DNA of 64,000 nt. Origin: Candidatus Ozemobacteraceae bacterium. Its GTDB lineage: Bacteria > Muiribacteriota > Ozemobacteria > Ozemobacterales > Ozemobacteraceae. The DNA lies in contig OZ223236.1 of assembly GCA_965140445.1 (NCBI GenBank), forward strand, positions 4,672,001 through 4,736,000, read 5' to 3'. Position numbers and translations under genes: made by a program. This document shows, piece by piece, positions 40,398 to 50,171 of the stretch; position 1 is the stretch's first letter; the number at the start of each line of letters is the position of its first letter. Below the pieces are notes generated by a model, which searched no databases, was not told where the DNA came from, and saw nothing but the letters and a program-made list of their open reading frames with translations.

Positions 40398-40792
40398 AAA
40401 TTAACACCTGGCAAATGAAAGCCCTGATTTTGCTGCCAATTATAGTTGCACCGATTATTGTCTATATGGAACCTGCAACAATTTCACCAATTGAGGCTGT
40501 TCCAAAGGGAGTGGCAGCTTTAACTGTCGAGCGAAAAGACAATGGTCAGCTATGGGTGAACAAGATAGAAGAGTTTCAGAGCACCAGCGCTGAATTTGTA
40601 GTAATTAATAAATCGCCAGTAGATGATTTAAAGAAGTGTCCTGGAATTGGTGAGGCAATGGCACAAATGATTGCAAAAGAACGTGGCTATAGAGAGTTTA
40701 TGAGTTGGTATGATCTGCAAACCAGAATAAAAGGCCTCAGCGAAGGAAAAATACAAAACCTTAAAGATGCTGGAGTTAAACTAAATCCGTAG
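40382..40792 (+). CDS. comEA: ComEA-like helix-hairpin-helix DNA-binding protein
   Basis: INKSPVDDLKKCPGIGEAMAQMIAKER..F..DL.RIKGLSE; hydrophobic N-terminus. Confidence 0.7.
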   Translation: MLANLEINTWQMKALILLPIIVAPIIVYMEPATISPIEAVPKGVAALTVERKDNGQLWVNKIEEFQSTSAEFVVINKSPVDDLKKCPGIGEAMAQMIAKERGYREFMSWYDLQTRIKGLSEGKIQNLKDAGVKLNP

Positions 40793-41426
40793 CTATTTTT
40801 TCACCCATTACAAAGTATAATTCTTCATTATCAATAGAATGTATAATCTTTAATCCAGCATTTAACATCATTTGCCGCAACTCTTCTGCTGGAACCAAAA
40901 CATCTTTTTTCACAACCTTACTATTAGTTGCAGCATGACACATATTAATGCTATCGCGGGATTCAGAATGGCAAATTGCCAGTCGCCCCCCAACCTTAAT
41001 AGAATTGGCCAGATGATTAAGAGTTTTTTCAGGATTAGTAAAATGAGGAAACACTGAATAGCAGATTATCAGATCAAAAAAATTCTTCTTAAATACTAGA
41101 CAGCTGACATCTTCACAGAAAAATTTGAGATTTTTAAATTGGTTTTTCTCACGAGCAATCCTCAGCATTTTTTCGGCAAAATCGACTGCTACAATTTCTC
41201 CATCGCTTCCAACCAGCTCAAAGATTCTTGGGAGCAAAACCCCAGTTCCGCAACCTACGTCCATAACCTTGAAACCAGATTTAACCTGCAACAAGGAAAA
41301 AATTACATCGAGCTTTTCTGGCTCGTGATGGCACATGGAATCCCATTTTTCTGCCACATTGTTAAAAAAATCTTTTTCCTTCTCATTTTCTTTTTCTTTC
41401 GCAAACTGATTCTGGTTTTTAGACAT
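40776..41426 (-). CDS. Class I SAM-dependent methyltransferase
   Basis: VMDVGCGTG, AVDFAEKM, FDLIICYSVFPHF. Confidence 0.9.
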   Translation of the reverse strand: MSKNQNQFAKEKENEKEKDFFNNVAEKWDSMCHHEPEKLDVIFSLLQVKSGFKVMDVGCGTGVLLPRIFELVGSDGEIVAVDFAEKMLRIAREKNQFKNLKFFCEDVSCLVFKKNFFDLIICYSVFPHFTNPEKTLNHLANSIKVGGRLAICHSESRDSINMCHAATNSKVVKKDVLVPAEELRQMMLNAGLKIIHSIDNEELYFVMGEKIATDLV

Positions 41427-41529
41427 TAGTAACTTTCTCCCCGCATAAAGATTTTTTCTTTAGCTTATTCTTTTATTATCTTACTAAAGCAGGTAAAATC
41501 AATCATAAATTTACACAGACTGGCAAACG

Positions 41530-43683
41530 ATGGAAACCACAAAAACCGCAGGAAGATTTGAATTACTGCCTTTCTTCACTGTTCTATTCTTTTTAGGGTT
41601 GAAATTTTCAACCTTAATGCCTGCAAATTTGTATGTCATCTTTCTTTTTGTAGCAATCGCCAGCGTTCTTGTGACAAGAGAGAATTTTATTGATAAGAAG
41701 TGGGCAGGAACAATACTAACCATTGGTGCATTAAGCTCTGGGATTTTTACGGGCATGGTTCAGATTAAGCCTGATATTTCTCAGTTAGACTTGTTTAAAT
41801 TCGACCAGTCCAAAGGTGTTTTAACCGGGCAATTTAAAGGTGAATTCCGCCTGTTAAAAAGTGGTGGCACTACTTTTAAGATGTCCAATCCTATATTAGA
41901 AACAGCTTCTCAAGCCATATCCCTCAACCGAAACATCGTTTGCACAGTTAAAGCCGGTGCAGTTTACCCAGAGCCAGAGCAATATTATTCAGCAACAGGT
42001 ATATTGATTTGTGACCCGGCAGAAGACACCCCTCGATTTAAAGCCGATAAAATAATTCCTGTATCGTCCCCTGTTTCACCAACAGCGATTGCTGGCAGCC
42101 TGCAACGGAAAATAAGAGATACTCTTATGAGCATACTTCCCATGCGCCATGCTTCGTTGATGATTGGATTTCTTCTTGGAGACACAAGCCGTATTAAAAG
42201 AGAAGATCGAATCCTATTCAGAGAAACAGGCCTCAACCACATAATGGCCGTTTCAGGGCAACATATAATGATTCTTGCCTTTTTTCTAGCATCAATCCTG
42301 CACTGGCTTAAGGTGCCACCAGTCTCAAGAAGCCTGCTTATTATAGCTGTTCTCGCGGGTTATGCCATGATTACTACAGGTTCTCCTTCTGTATGGCGAG
42401 CTTTAATAATGTATTGCTGTCTGGCCGTTGTTCTTCATACAGAGGCCAGGCCCGGGCCTTTTCACGCTCTCTCAGCCGCTGCTCTGATCTTGTTGATCTA
42501 CTCCCCAGAGTCCATCAACCATGTTGGTTTTCAGCTTAGTTTCACTGCGGTGTTAGCCATTCTAATTCTTCGTCACCCGATCGAAGATTTTTTGAAGTGC
42601 TTAAGACTTCCAACCTTTTTAAGAAGGTACATTGCAGTTATCCTTGCGGCTAACCTTGGAGTTTTGCCCATGAGTGCCTTCCTCTTTGGTACAATCTCTG
42701 TTTCAGCGCTATTTGTAAATATTCTCACCGGCTGGATTTTTATGTTTATTCTGCCGGTTGGCTTTATCGCCACTTTTTCCGCTATTATTTCGCCAAATAT
42801 CGGGCTCTTTATTGCCCCGGGAATAAGCATAGCGCTGGACGGTTTATTAACATTTTTAGAAAAAGTTCAATCTATTCCTGGTGGATTTTTCTATGTTGGA
42901 AATGTTCCTGGCCTGCTTTGTGCTTTTATTTACCTTTTTCTGTTCTACCTGGCCGCTACCTGGAACAAAAAGCGGGAAAATTTGCTAATCGCACAGGCTG
43001 CTTCCAGAGAAATCCCAAATGAAAAACCGATCATAAAAGTAACCAGAATCTCCGACTTACCAGCAAAAGAAGTTCCGCAAGTAATCCTGGAAGAATCATT
43101 CTCTAAGAATCCTTTTCGTGAAAGAGATAGCGTTGATACTATTGATTATTACATGAAAAGTTTTAGAAATCGTTCACTCAAATCTTCACCATCGAATGAA
43201 CAGCAGCATCCAATTGTTAATCTGCTTGGAATTGATAATCAAACGATCCTTCACAGGCTTCAGGACTTAGATCGCATGGTATTCGAAGAGCAACCAGAGC
43301 GCTTGATACAAGCCAGCGTTTTTCTTCTTTCAATAATGAGCAGCGAGTTCATCTCAAGAATCATTTATTTTCTTGATCCCCCACCAGCCCCGGAAGAACT
43401 TGAAATAGCTCTTGAAGTAAAAAGCCGGCATCTAGACAATATTCTGGTGGCAGACACGATTTTTAATTCTCCAATTCTGACCAGGATAGATAATAAGGAT
43501 ATGATCATGACTCTTTCTCAGGGACAAATCCTTTTCAATCGTGGAAGAAATCAGATCATGCGCACCATAAAAAATTATAAAGGCGAGTATATTGAACAGC
43601 ATTTGCTTTTGCGCAAAGATATTCTGGAATGGACAAAAAAGTTCATCGAGAATTTTAGTAAAAACGGCAAGCTTTCTATCTAG
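41530..43683 (+). CDS. comEC: ComEC/Rec2 DNA uptake channel with atypical C-terminal domain
   Basis: FRETGLNHIMAVSGQH, SPSVWRA, GFQLSF, multi-TM core. Confidence 0.88.
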   Translation: METTKTAGRFELLPFFTVLFFLGLKFSTLMPANLYVIFLFVAIASVLVTRENFIDKKWAGTILTIGALSSGIFTGMVQIKPDISQLDLFKFDQSKGVLTGQFKGEFRLLKSGGTTFKMSNPILETASQAISLNRNIVCTVKAGAVYPEPEQYYSATGILICDPAEDTPRFKADKIIPVSSPVSPTAIAGSLQRKIRDTLMSILPMRHASLMIGFLLGDTSRIKREDRILFRETGLNHIMAVSGQHIMILAFFLASILHWLKVPPVSRSLLIIAVLAGYAMITTGSPSVWRALIMYCCLAVVLHTEARPGPFHALSAAALILLIYSPESINHVGFQLSFTAVLAILILRHPIEDFLKCLRLPTFLRRYIAVILAANLGVLPMSAFLFGTISVSALFVNILTGWIFMFILPVGFIATFSAIISPNIGLFIAPGISIALDGLLTFLEKVQSIPGGFFYVGNVPGLLCAFIYLFLFYLAATWNKKRENLLIAQAASREIPNEKPIIKVTRISDLPAKEVPQVILEESFSKNPFRERDSVDTIDYYMKSFRNRSLKSSPSNEQQHPIVNLLGIDNQTILHRLQDLDRMVFEEQPERLIQASVFLLSIMSSEFISRIIYFLDPPPAPEELEIALEVKSRHLDNILVADTIFNSPILTRIDNKDMIMTLSQGQILFNRGRNQIMRTIKNYKGEYIEQHLLLRKDILEWTKKFIENFSKNGKLSI

Positions 43684-43821
43684 CCAAACCCTTCATTTAA
43701 AAAACTTTACAGACCACAAACCAGTAACTATTTATTTTTTTTAATTATTTTTTCCCCAACCACAGTTTTCATTTGATCTCTTGAAAACGCAACCAAGGTT
43801 GTAAAAATTCAGGAGGAAATT

Positions 43822-44202
43822 ATGGTTAGTCTAAACAAAATTATTCTTGCAGGTAACATCACTCGGGACCCGGAAATGCGAAAAACAACTTCAGGAAACG
43901 CAATGGTTACTTTTCCACTGGCGGTACAAAGAAAATGGAAGACCGCAGATGGAGAAACCAAAAAGGAAACCGGTTTTTACCGAATAGTATTCTGGAATTC
44001 AACAGCCGATGCGGTAGCGAAGTATCTATCAAAAGGAAAACCTGTTCTTGTTGAAGGTCGATTAGAAATTAGAAACTTCACGGATTCAAAAGGGAATGTA
44101 AAATACATCACTCAGATTGTTGGCGATCAAATCTCTTTCCTTCATCAAAAAAGAAAATCTGAAGGGCATTTTGACAGCTCTGAACAACCGTCCATTATGT
44201 AG
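43822..44202 (+). CDS. ssb: Single-stranded DNA-binding protein, short form
   Basis: LNKIILAGNITRDPEMR, KGKPVLVEGRL; no DDxPF tail. Confidence 0.92.
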   Translation: MVSLNKIILAGNITRDPEMRKTTSGNAMVTFPLAVQRKWKTADGETKKETGFYRIVFWNSTADAVAKYLSKGKPVLVEGRLEIRNFTDSKGNVKYITQIVGDQISFLHQKRKSEGHFDSSEQPSIM

Positions 44203-44209
44203 TATAAAA

Positions 44210-44243
44210 AAGTGGTGGCTGAGTATTATGTCAGCCACCACTT
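44210..44243 (+). terminator. Hairpin after ssb
   Basis: aagtggtggctga-gtattatg-tcagccaccactt. Confidence 0.7.
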
Positions 44244-44326
44244 ATTCAGCTTTTTTAAATATTTAATGCAAAAGCTCTCGAAATTTGGCATTATATAAGT
44301 AAGTCTTCTTGAGTTGGGCGCATTAA

Positions 44327-45604
44327 ATGAAACCACAATATAAGCTAAGAATATTTGATTTTTTAAACTGTTTATCTGATATTCTGGACTGGATCAGTCC
44401 TGTTTTGAATGACCATCATAAACAGGTAGCCCTTATCTCGCTCAGACTAGCTGACGCTCTTGATCTTCCCATATTTGAGCAAAATAATATTGTCTGCGCT
44501 GGAATACTTCACGACATAGGTGCCATTTCTCTTGCAGAGCGAATGGACAACATGAAGTTTGAAAACACTACAGGCCAGGATCATGCTGAACTTGGTTTCT
44601 ATCTGATAAATATCTTTGAGCCCATGCAGGAAGTAGCCAAGCTGATAAAATTCCATCATGTTCCATGGGATCATGGAAATGGCCAGAGCTATAAAGGCGA
44701 AAAAGTTAATCTTGGTAGCAGAATTCTATTTCTTGCAGACCACATCGCTCTCTTGATTGACCGAAAAAGAGAAATCCTTGGGCAAAATAACCATATCAAG
44801 GAAGTTATTTCCAGTTTTTCTGGCACAATGTTTGAGCCATCGCTTGTAGACGCTTTTATGGAGCTTGCAGATAAAGAATATTTCTGGCTGGATCTAACTT
44901 CACCAATGATTGGAAAACAACTCGAACAATCAGTTAAGTTAGAACAGATGCATTTAAACTGCCAGGAATTGCTCTCCTTTTCTGGTTTAATCCGCAGGAT
45001 TATCGATTTCCGCAGTCCATTTACCGCAACCCATTCCAGTGGAGTTTCCGCAACTTCCGAATGTCTTGGCAGACTGGCAGGACTTGGTGATCACGAATGT
45101 TTCGAGCTCAGGGTAGCTGGATTCCTGCATGACCTTGGCAAACTTGCTATTCCTACCGAGATCCTTGAAAAACCAGGCAAGCTCACTAACGAAGAATTTA
45201 ACGTTATGCGTGGACATACTTTTTACACATATAGAGCACTTGAGCCAATTGAAGATCTGCACCAGATTAATCAGTATGGCTCATACCATCACGAAAGGCT
45301 TGATGGCACCGGCTATCCATTCAGACTTTCGCAAAAAGATCTACCGCTTGGATCAAAATTGTTAGCTGTAGCAGATGTTTTTACGGCTCTCACAGAAGAC
45401 AGACCTTACCGAAAAGGAATGACTAATGAGCAATCGCTTCTAATTCTTCAAAAAATGGGAGAAAACAACAAGCTGGACGCTAAAATTGTGCAGCTGGTAA
45501 GCGAAAACTTTGCAGAAATTAATAAGGTTAGAATTGCTGCACAGAACAAGTCCAGACGCGAATACAGGGAATTTCTTTCCCAGATTGGATCAGATAATCC
45601 CTGA
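44327..45604 (+). CDS. Tandem HD / HD-GYP phosphodiesterase
   Basis: First domain LHDIG..HHVPWD; second LHDLGK..HHERLDGTGYP..EDRPYR. Confidence 0.9.
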   Translation: MKPQYKLRIFDFLNCLSDILDWISPVLNDHHKQVALISLRLADALDLPIFEQNNIVCAGILHDIGAISLAERMDNMKFENTTGQDHAELGFYLINIFEPMQEVAKLIKFHHVPWDHGNGQSYKGEKVNLGSRILFLADHIALLIDRKREILGQNNHIKEVISSFSGTMFEPSLVDAFMELADKEYFWLDLTSPMIGKQLEQSVKLEQMHLNCQELLSFSGLIRRIIDFRSPFTATHSSGVSATSECLGRLAGLGDHECFELRVAGFLHDLGKLAIPTEILEKPGKLTNEEFNVMRGHTFYTYRALEPIEDLHQINQYGSYHHERLDGTGYPFRLSQKDLPLGSKLLAVADVFTALTEDRPYRKGMTNEQSLLILQKMGENNKLDAKIVQLVSENFAEINKVRIAAQNKSRREYREFLSQIGSDNP

Positions 45605-46912
45605 CTTAATCAGATTCGTATAGTAAATTTGCGATTTTAGCAGGTCTTCTTCCAGAATCCATTCATCGTTCTGATGTGCCATAGCTTCTTTTCCTGGCCC
45701 GATTCCAATTGTTGGTATTTTTCCCATGCCTGCAGAGTAAACTCCATCTGTGGAAAAAGGCCAGATTTTTACGGTTGGAGCTTTACCAAAACAGCTTTGA
45801 TAAACTTCTACTGATTTTTTGAAAAAAGCGTTATCCACTGAAGTTTCCCAGGCAGAATGCTCCGAGAACCAGTTAGAAACTTTTCCGGTATATGATGGCG
45901 AATTGTATGTATATTGGACCAATTTCACATCATTTGGCCATTCAGCAATACTTCGAAGCTTTTCACAAATACTGGAAAAATTATCATTAAGAGAAAGACG
46001 TACAATAACATGAGCTTCAGCTCTATCTGGCACAAAGCTTTTCACTTCAGGAAAGCTTTTGATAGAAGTGGCAACAATAGTATTTCTCTTTAAAACATTT
46101 TCAGATTCCAGACCAAATTTTTCAACTTCTGATTGATTCAGCTTTTCAATGCAAAGTAACGCTTTTGCCAGCTTGTAAGCTGCGTTTTCCCCTACTTCTG
46201 GGACCGATGTGTGAGCGCGTTTTCCAGAGGCTTGAACAAGAAATTCCAGTTTTCCTCTTTGTCCACGGGCTATGTCCAGCTGAGAAGGCTCTCCAAGCAC
46301 TACAGCTGAAGGCTTTAAACCAGTCCATTCAATCAGTTCTTTAAATGCAAGCCCCTCTCCAACCTCTTCTTCAGTACAGAAGCATCCCATAATCACATCT
46401 GTAAAGTCCTGTTCACCCGCATATTTATTTATTACGGCCATTGAACTTGCTATGGCAGCAACTGCGCCTTTCATATCGCAGGTTCCTCGTCCGTATAGCC
46501 TTCCTGCGTTTCTTGAGAGTTTAAAAGGAGGAAATATCCATTCTTCATGGTTACTGGCCGCCACCACGTCTATATGGCCGTTAAAAGCAAGAATTTCCAC
46601 TGCCTTTTCTTTGCACTTGCCTGCTATTTCTTTTAAATCTGCTTGAGTTGGATTAGCAACGAAACCAGCATAATCAAAATTTGTCTTAATGCTTTGTGGC
46701 AAAAGAACTGCAACGACACTCCCCCGCTCATCACGCAAAGCAGGAATTTTATGTTCGGCAAAAAATCCAAGTAAGGCATCGGCAGCTTGTTTTTCATTTC
46801 TGCTGGTTGACTCAGCAGCAATTAAATCTGAAAGAAGTTCAATTGTGGATTCAAATTCCTGTTTACAAAGTTGAGTAATTTTTGTCTCATTATTGTTTGT
46901 TTGCATGATCAA
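45590..46912 (-). CDS. M20 family metallohydrolase (YgeY/ArgE-like)
   Basis: GHIDVV, GRGTCDMKG, EE, GEP, GQRG, FSTDG, AH. Confidence 0.88.
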   Translation of the reverse strand: MIMQTNNNETKITQLCKQEFESTIELLSDLIAAESTSRNEKQAADALLGFFAEHKIPALRDERGSVVAVLLPQSIKTNFDYAGFVANPTQADLKEIAGKCKEKAVEILAFNGHIDVVAASNHEEWIFPPFKLSRNAGRLYGRGTCDMKGAVAAIASSMAVINKYAGEQDFTDVIMGCFCTEEEVGEGLAFKELIEWTGLKPSAVVLGEPSQLDIARGQRGKLEFLVQASGKRAHTSVPEVGENAAYKLAKALLCIEKLNQSEVEKFGLESENVLKRNTIVATSIKSFPEVKSFVPDRAEAHVIVRLSLNDNFSSICEKLRSIAEWPNDVKLVQYTYNSPSYTGKVSNWFSEHSAWETSVDNAFFKKSVEVYQSCFGKAPTVKIWPFSTDGVYSAGMGKIPTIGIGPGKEAMAHQNDEWILEEDLLKSQIYYTNLIKSGII

Positions 46913-46925
46913 TGCGCCTTATCTA

Positions 46926-47765
46926 TCAGTTATTGTGGCATCTTTTGCACACCCATCTATCAGAGTGGCAAGCCTGGCACCTCATAGGATTGGTTCTTGC
47001 TGCTATTCCATGTCGGCGACTAACCCATGCTAAAGTGTGACTGTCTGGCTTTCTAGCGTGGCAGGATAAACAGGATGAGTCTTCATGGCAAGTTCTACAC
47101 CGGGCGGGATTAGTTCTATAAGCAGTCCCATGCTTTTTTTCAAAGTTTCGAACATGATCGGCTGGTCGCGGGGTCGGATTATGACACATAGTGCAGTTTT
47201 TAGCGACTTCGCGGCCATTATGACACTTTAAACATGAATCCATGGTCAGATCGGTTTTATTTCCATCCAGATTTTCCCAATCATTTATACCGTGGTGACA
47301 TTCTAAACACTCGGTTGATTTGTGTTTTCCATGATCAAATTTTACAAATTCGGGAAGCCGTTTTCTTTTGCGCTCTGTTGGACCAGGTTTATCGAGATGG
47401 CAAAGGGCGCAATCAGCTTTTTCTCTGGTTTTAAAATGACAAACCAGGCATCTTTTTTCAGCTGGACGACCAAAAGTTCCGTTCTCTTCCTGAGGAGGCA
47501 ACACCACAGGAGGATGATTTTGGGTAACAATATTGGACTTGCGTAACGGTTGCCAGCCACCGGGCATCACATCAGAAGCTGATGAGCCCTCTCGCGCTGG
47601 AATACTGCCATCTGCATGACATCTCATGCAGGTAACATTGTTCATATAATGACTTTTGTGGGAAAACCTGGTATTGGATTCTGTCTTATAAGTGGCAGCT
47701 GACAGGCACAGAGTGACCATAACCAGCATCAAAACCGCAACTAGATTTTTTATTACCCTGACCAA
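46926..47765 (-). CDS. Exported decaheme c-type cytochrome
   Basis: Signal peptide; 10 CxxCH motifs counted by eye. Confidence 0.9.
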   Translation of the reverse strand: MVRVIKNLVAVLMLVMVTLCLSAATYKTESNTRFSHKSHYMNNVTCMRCHADGSIPAREGSSASDVMPGGWQPLRKSNIVTQNHPPVVLPPQEENGTFGRPAEKRCLVCHFKTREKADCALCHLDKPGPTERKRKRLPEFVKFDHGKHKSTECLECHHGINDWENLDGNKTDLTMDSCLKCHNGREVAKNCTMCHNPTPRPADHVRNFEKKHGTAYRTNPARCRTCHEDSSCLSCHARKPDSHTLAWVSRRHGIAARTNPMRCQACHSDRWVCKRCHNN

Positions 47766-47829
47766 TTACCATTCCCCTGCTCAAATTCTGCCTAATTTTA
47801 TATCCTTTGCCCGTTATGTACAAGGAAAA

Positions 47830-48645
47830 TTATGATTTTTCCGGTTGGCACCCTGGACAAAAAAAGCTTCCTCGTCCTGCAATCACAGTGCGACTGATCC
47901 TGCAATTTCCGCATCTTGGGCAAATTTCTCCAGTTCGCCCATAGGCAAGCGTTTCAATCGGAAAATGCGTGCTGTCACCATCCAGAAGCATCCTCTTATC
48001 AAAACTCGCCCGCCCTCGACTGATAGCCTCATTAATAACCAGAGTCGCATTTTCAGCCAGTAGGCTGCATTCCCTCAAACTAAGCTTTGAAGCAGGCGTA
48101 GTCGGGTTAATTCCAGATCTGAATAAAGCTTCATTAGCATAAATATTACCAAGCCCGGACAATTTGCTCTGGTCCATTATCAATGATTTGATACTGATCT
48201 TCCTTCCTTTACTCAAATCGAAAAGAAATCGACCATTGAATTCTTTATCCATGGGTTCAACAACTCTGCTGTCTGGAAGGTCGCAAACTAGTATCAGCCC
48301 AAACTTTCGCGGGTCAACAAAAGCTAGTTTTCTGCCGGATCGCAAATTAATTAGCAGGCGCAAATGCTTAATTTTAGAGATTTCTTCTGAACTTTTAAGA
48401 TGAAAACTACCAGTCATACCGAGATGGAAACAAATAGCATTATTGCTCCCAAATTCGAAGAAGATGGTTTTTCCGATGCGCCGAAAAGCGAGAATATCCT
48501 TCCCAATAGCGAAAGAAACGTTTTTTGCGGTTGGAATTGGCTTCCGGAGTTTCTCTGCATGGGGCTCCCATGAAGCAATTGCATCATCGGAAATCAGCTT
48601 TTCCAGACCATATCTTACTGTTTCGACTTCAGGTAATTCGGGCAT
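47830..48645 (-). CDS. mutM: Formamidopyrimidine-DNA glycosylase
   Basis: MPELPEVETV, HLGMTG, DPRKFG, GLGNIYANE, zinc finger CPRC..CPGC. Confidence 0.93.
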   Translation of the reverse strand: MPELPEVETVRYGLEKLISDDAIASWEPHAEKLRKPIPTAKNVSFAIGKDILAFRRIGKTIFFEFGSNNAICFHLGMTGSFHLKSSEEISKIKHLRLLINLRSGRKLAFVDPRKFGLILVCDLPDSRVVEPMDKEFNGRFLFDLSKGRKISIKSLIMDQSKLSGLGNIYANEALFRSGINPTTPASKLSLRECSLLAENATLVINEAISRGRASFDKRMLLDGDSTHFPIETLAYGRTGEICPRCGNCRISRTVIAGRGSFFCPGCQPEKS

Positions 48646-48705
48646 GGATACATTTTAAGCCCTGCCAACCAAAAACAATAGGATTTTTTTACGCCTGATT
48701 TGAGT

Positions 48706-50040
48706 TTAAAAAGTTACTCGGGTCTCAACAAACAGCGTGTCATTTTCGCCGAACTGTCCCACTGGGCCAAGGCTTTCAGATGCCTCTCCGTTAAGTTGAT
48801 AACCCAGAATTATAGATAGAAAATCTGACTTTATCATGGTTATTTTAGGCGTGATCACATATTCACCAGTGGTAAAGTTGGAAATCCCCGCCAACTCAAT
48901 CTGAAGCTTGTCTCGCTTGAAATTCTGTCGAAGCTGAAAAGTGCCAAGATACTCAGTAGAATTAAGCTGAAAAGGTGTCGCCGTCTTTAAATCAGGCACC
49001 ACCGACATCATTGCCTGAAGATTGACGTAAAAATTGTTGGGCAGATTTTTATCGGTTCCAACCAAAAAGTTGTACTGGTCGCTGAAAAACTTTTTCCCAA
49101 TGTGCCCATCTGTAAAAGATGAAAAAGTCTTATTGTTGGTGTATGCAAACTCAAATCTCATAAGCAGATCATCGGTTACGTTGAAGTTGCCATTTAAAGC
49201 AACTGTTTCATCGGTTGGATATGTTCCGTAAATGTTTCCAGGCTTTTCCATGCTGATTACCGGAAGCCTTTCTTTCAGATACATGTAATGAAGCCTTAAT
49301 TCCAGCTTTTCGAAAGTGCTGGAAAATTCAACATGAAACTGGTCGGTAAAGCTGGTGCTGTCTTCCTGATTGTATGTTGCACCGTTGAGCAAAATTTCGC
49401 TGGCCAGGGTCTTGTGAATTGCATAGGCCCATTTGCTGTAAATACTCGGAAATTCACTGGCATTGAAATATGGCATATAATGTCCAGAAAGGCTGTATTT
49501 CTTGTTTATAAACCATGTACCTTTTATAGCTGCCACTTCTTTTTTATCGCGATTGTAATCATTGGCAAGGCCGTTATGAAAACGCCTGGAATTTAATTTA
49601 TCCACAAATGAAAATTTATCACCAGATCCAATGTTCTCGATCAGTGTGCCAAGCTTGAAATCAAAGTTTCCCGCCCTGAATTTATAATAGTTTTCTCCGG
49701 GAAACACAGCCCATTTTTTATTATTATCTTCATGATAATAATTGGCATTAAAGCCACCAAAGAAGGTTTGATCCTTACCAAACTTTCGTTCCAGATTCAC
49801 CCGGGCCTGATCAAACGAAGAAAACTCATTGTATTGCCAGTTCCACCAGCCAGAAATGAAAGGTCTTTTGACGGTTGGCTTTCCTGAATCTGATTCGTCG
49901 CCCCAATCGTCCCATTCTCCTGCAAAAGTAGACTGAGAACTGCCGAGGGTTAGGCTTATCAAAAGTGCTAAAATGAGAAAGTGGCAAAACCTGAGATTCA
50001 GGATTTGTCTATAAAGAAGCTTTGTTTGAAACCGTTTTAT
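48706..50040 (-). CDS. Outer-membrane beta-barrel protein (DUF1302-like), probable ATA start
   Basis: Alternating beta-strand pattern, C-terminal F; a full signal peptide appears only if the frame is extended from TTG 49962 to ATA 50040 behind GGAGG. Confidence 0.65.
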   Translation of the reverse strand: MKRFQTKLLYRQILNLRFCHFLILALLISLTLGSSQSTFAGEWDDWGDESDSGKPTVKRPFISGWWNWQYNEFSSFDQARVNLERKFGKDQTFFGGFNANYYHEDNNKKWAVFPGENYYKFRAGNFDFKLGTLIENIGSGDKFSFVDKLNSRRFHNGLANDYNRDKKEVAAIKGTWFINKKYSLSGHYMPYFNASEFPSIYSKWAYAIHKTLASEILLNGATYNQEDSTSFTDQFHVEFSSTFEKLELRLHYMYLKERLPVISMEKPGNIYGTYPTDETVALNGNFNVTDDLLMRFEFAYTNNKTFSSFTDGHIGKKFFSDQYNFLVGTDKNLPNNFYVNLQAMMSVVPDLKTATPFQLNSTEYLGTFQLRQNFKRDKLQIELAGISNFTTGEYVITPKITMIKSDFLSIILGYQLNGEASESLGPVGQFGENDTLFVETRVTF

Positions 50041-50112
50041 CGGCTTGCCTCCATTTTTTTCTCTACAAAAAATATCGGCACATAGGCATTTCAGACTGAA
50101 AAGAATTTGGAA

Positions 50113-50154
50113 TAAAAAAACAGGCCGCTATAACCAGCGACCTGTCTGTTTTTT
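50113..50154 (-). terminator. Probable terminator after the LolA-like gene
   Basis: acaggccgct..agcgacctgt stem next to an A7 tract (T tract on the minus strand). Confidence 0.5.
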
Positions 50155-50171
50155 AAAACGATCTCCAGGGA

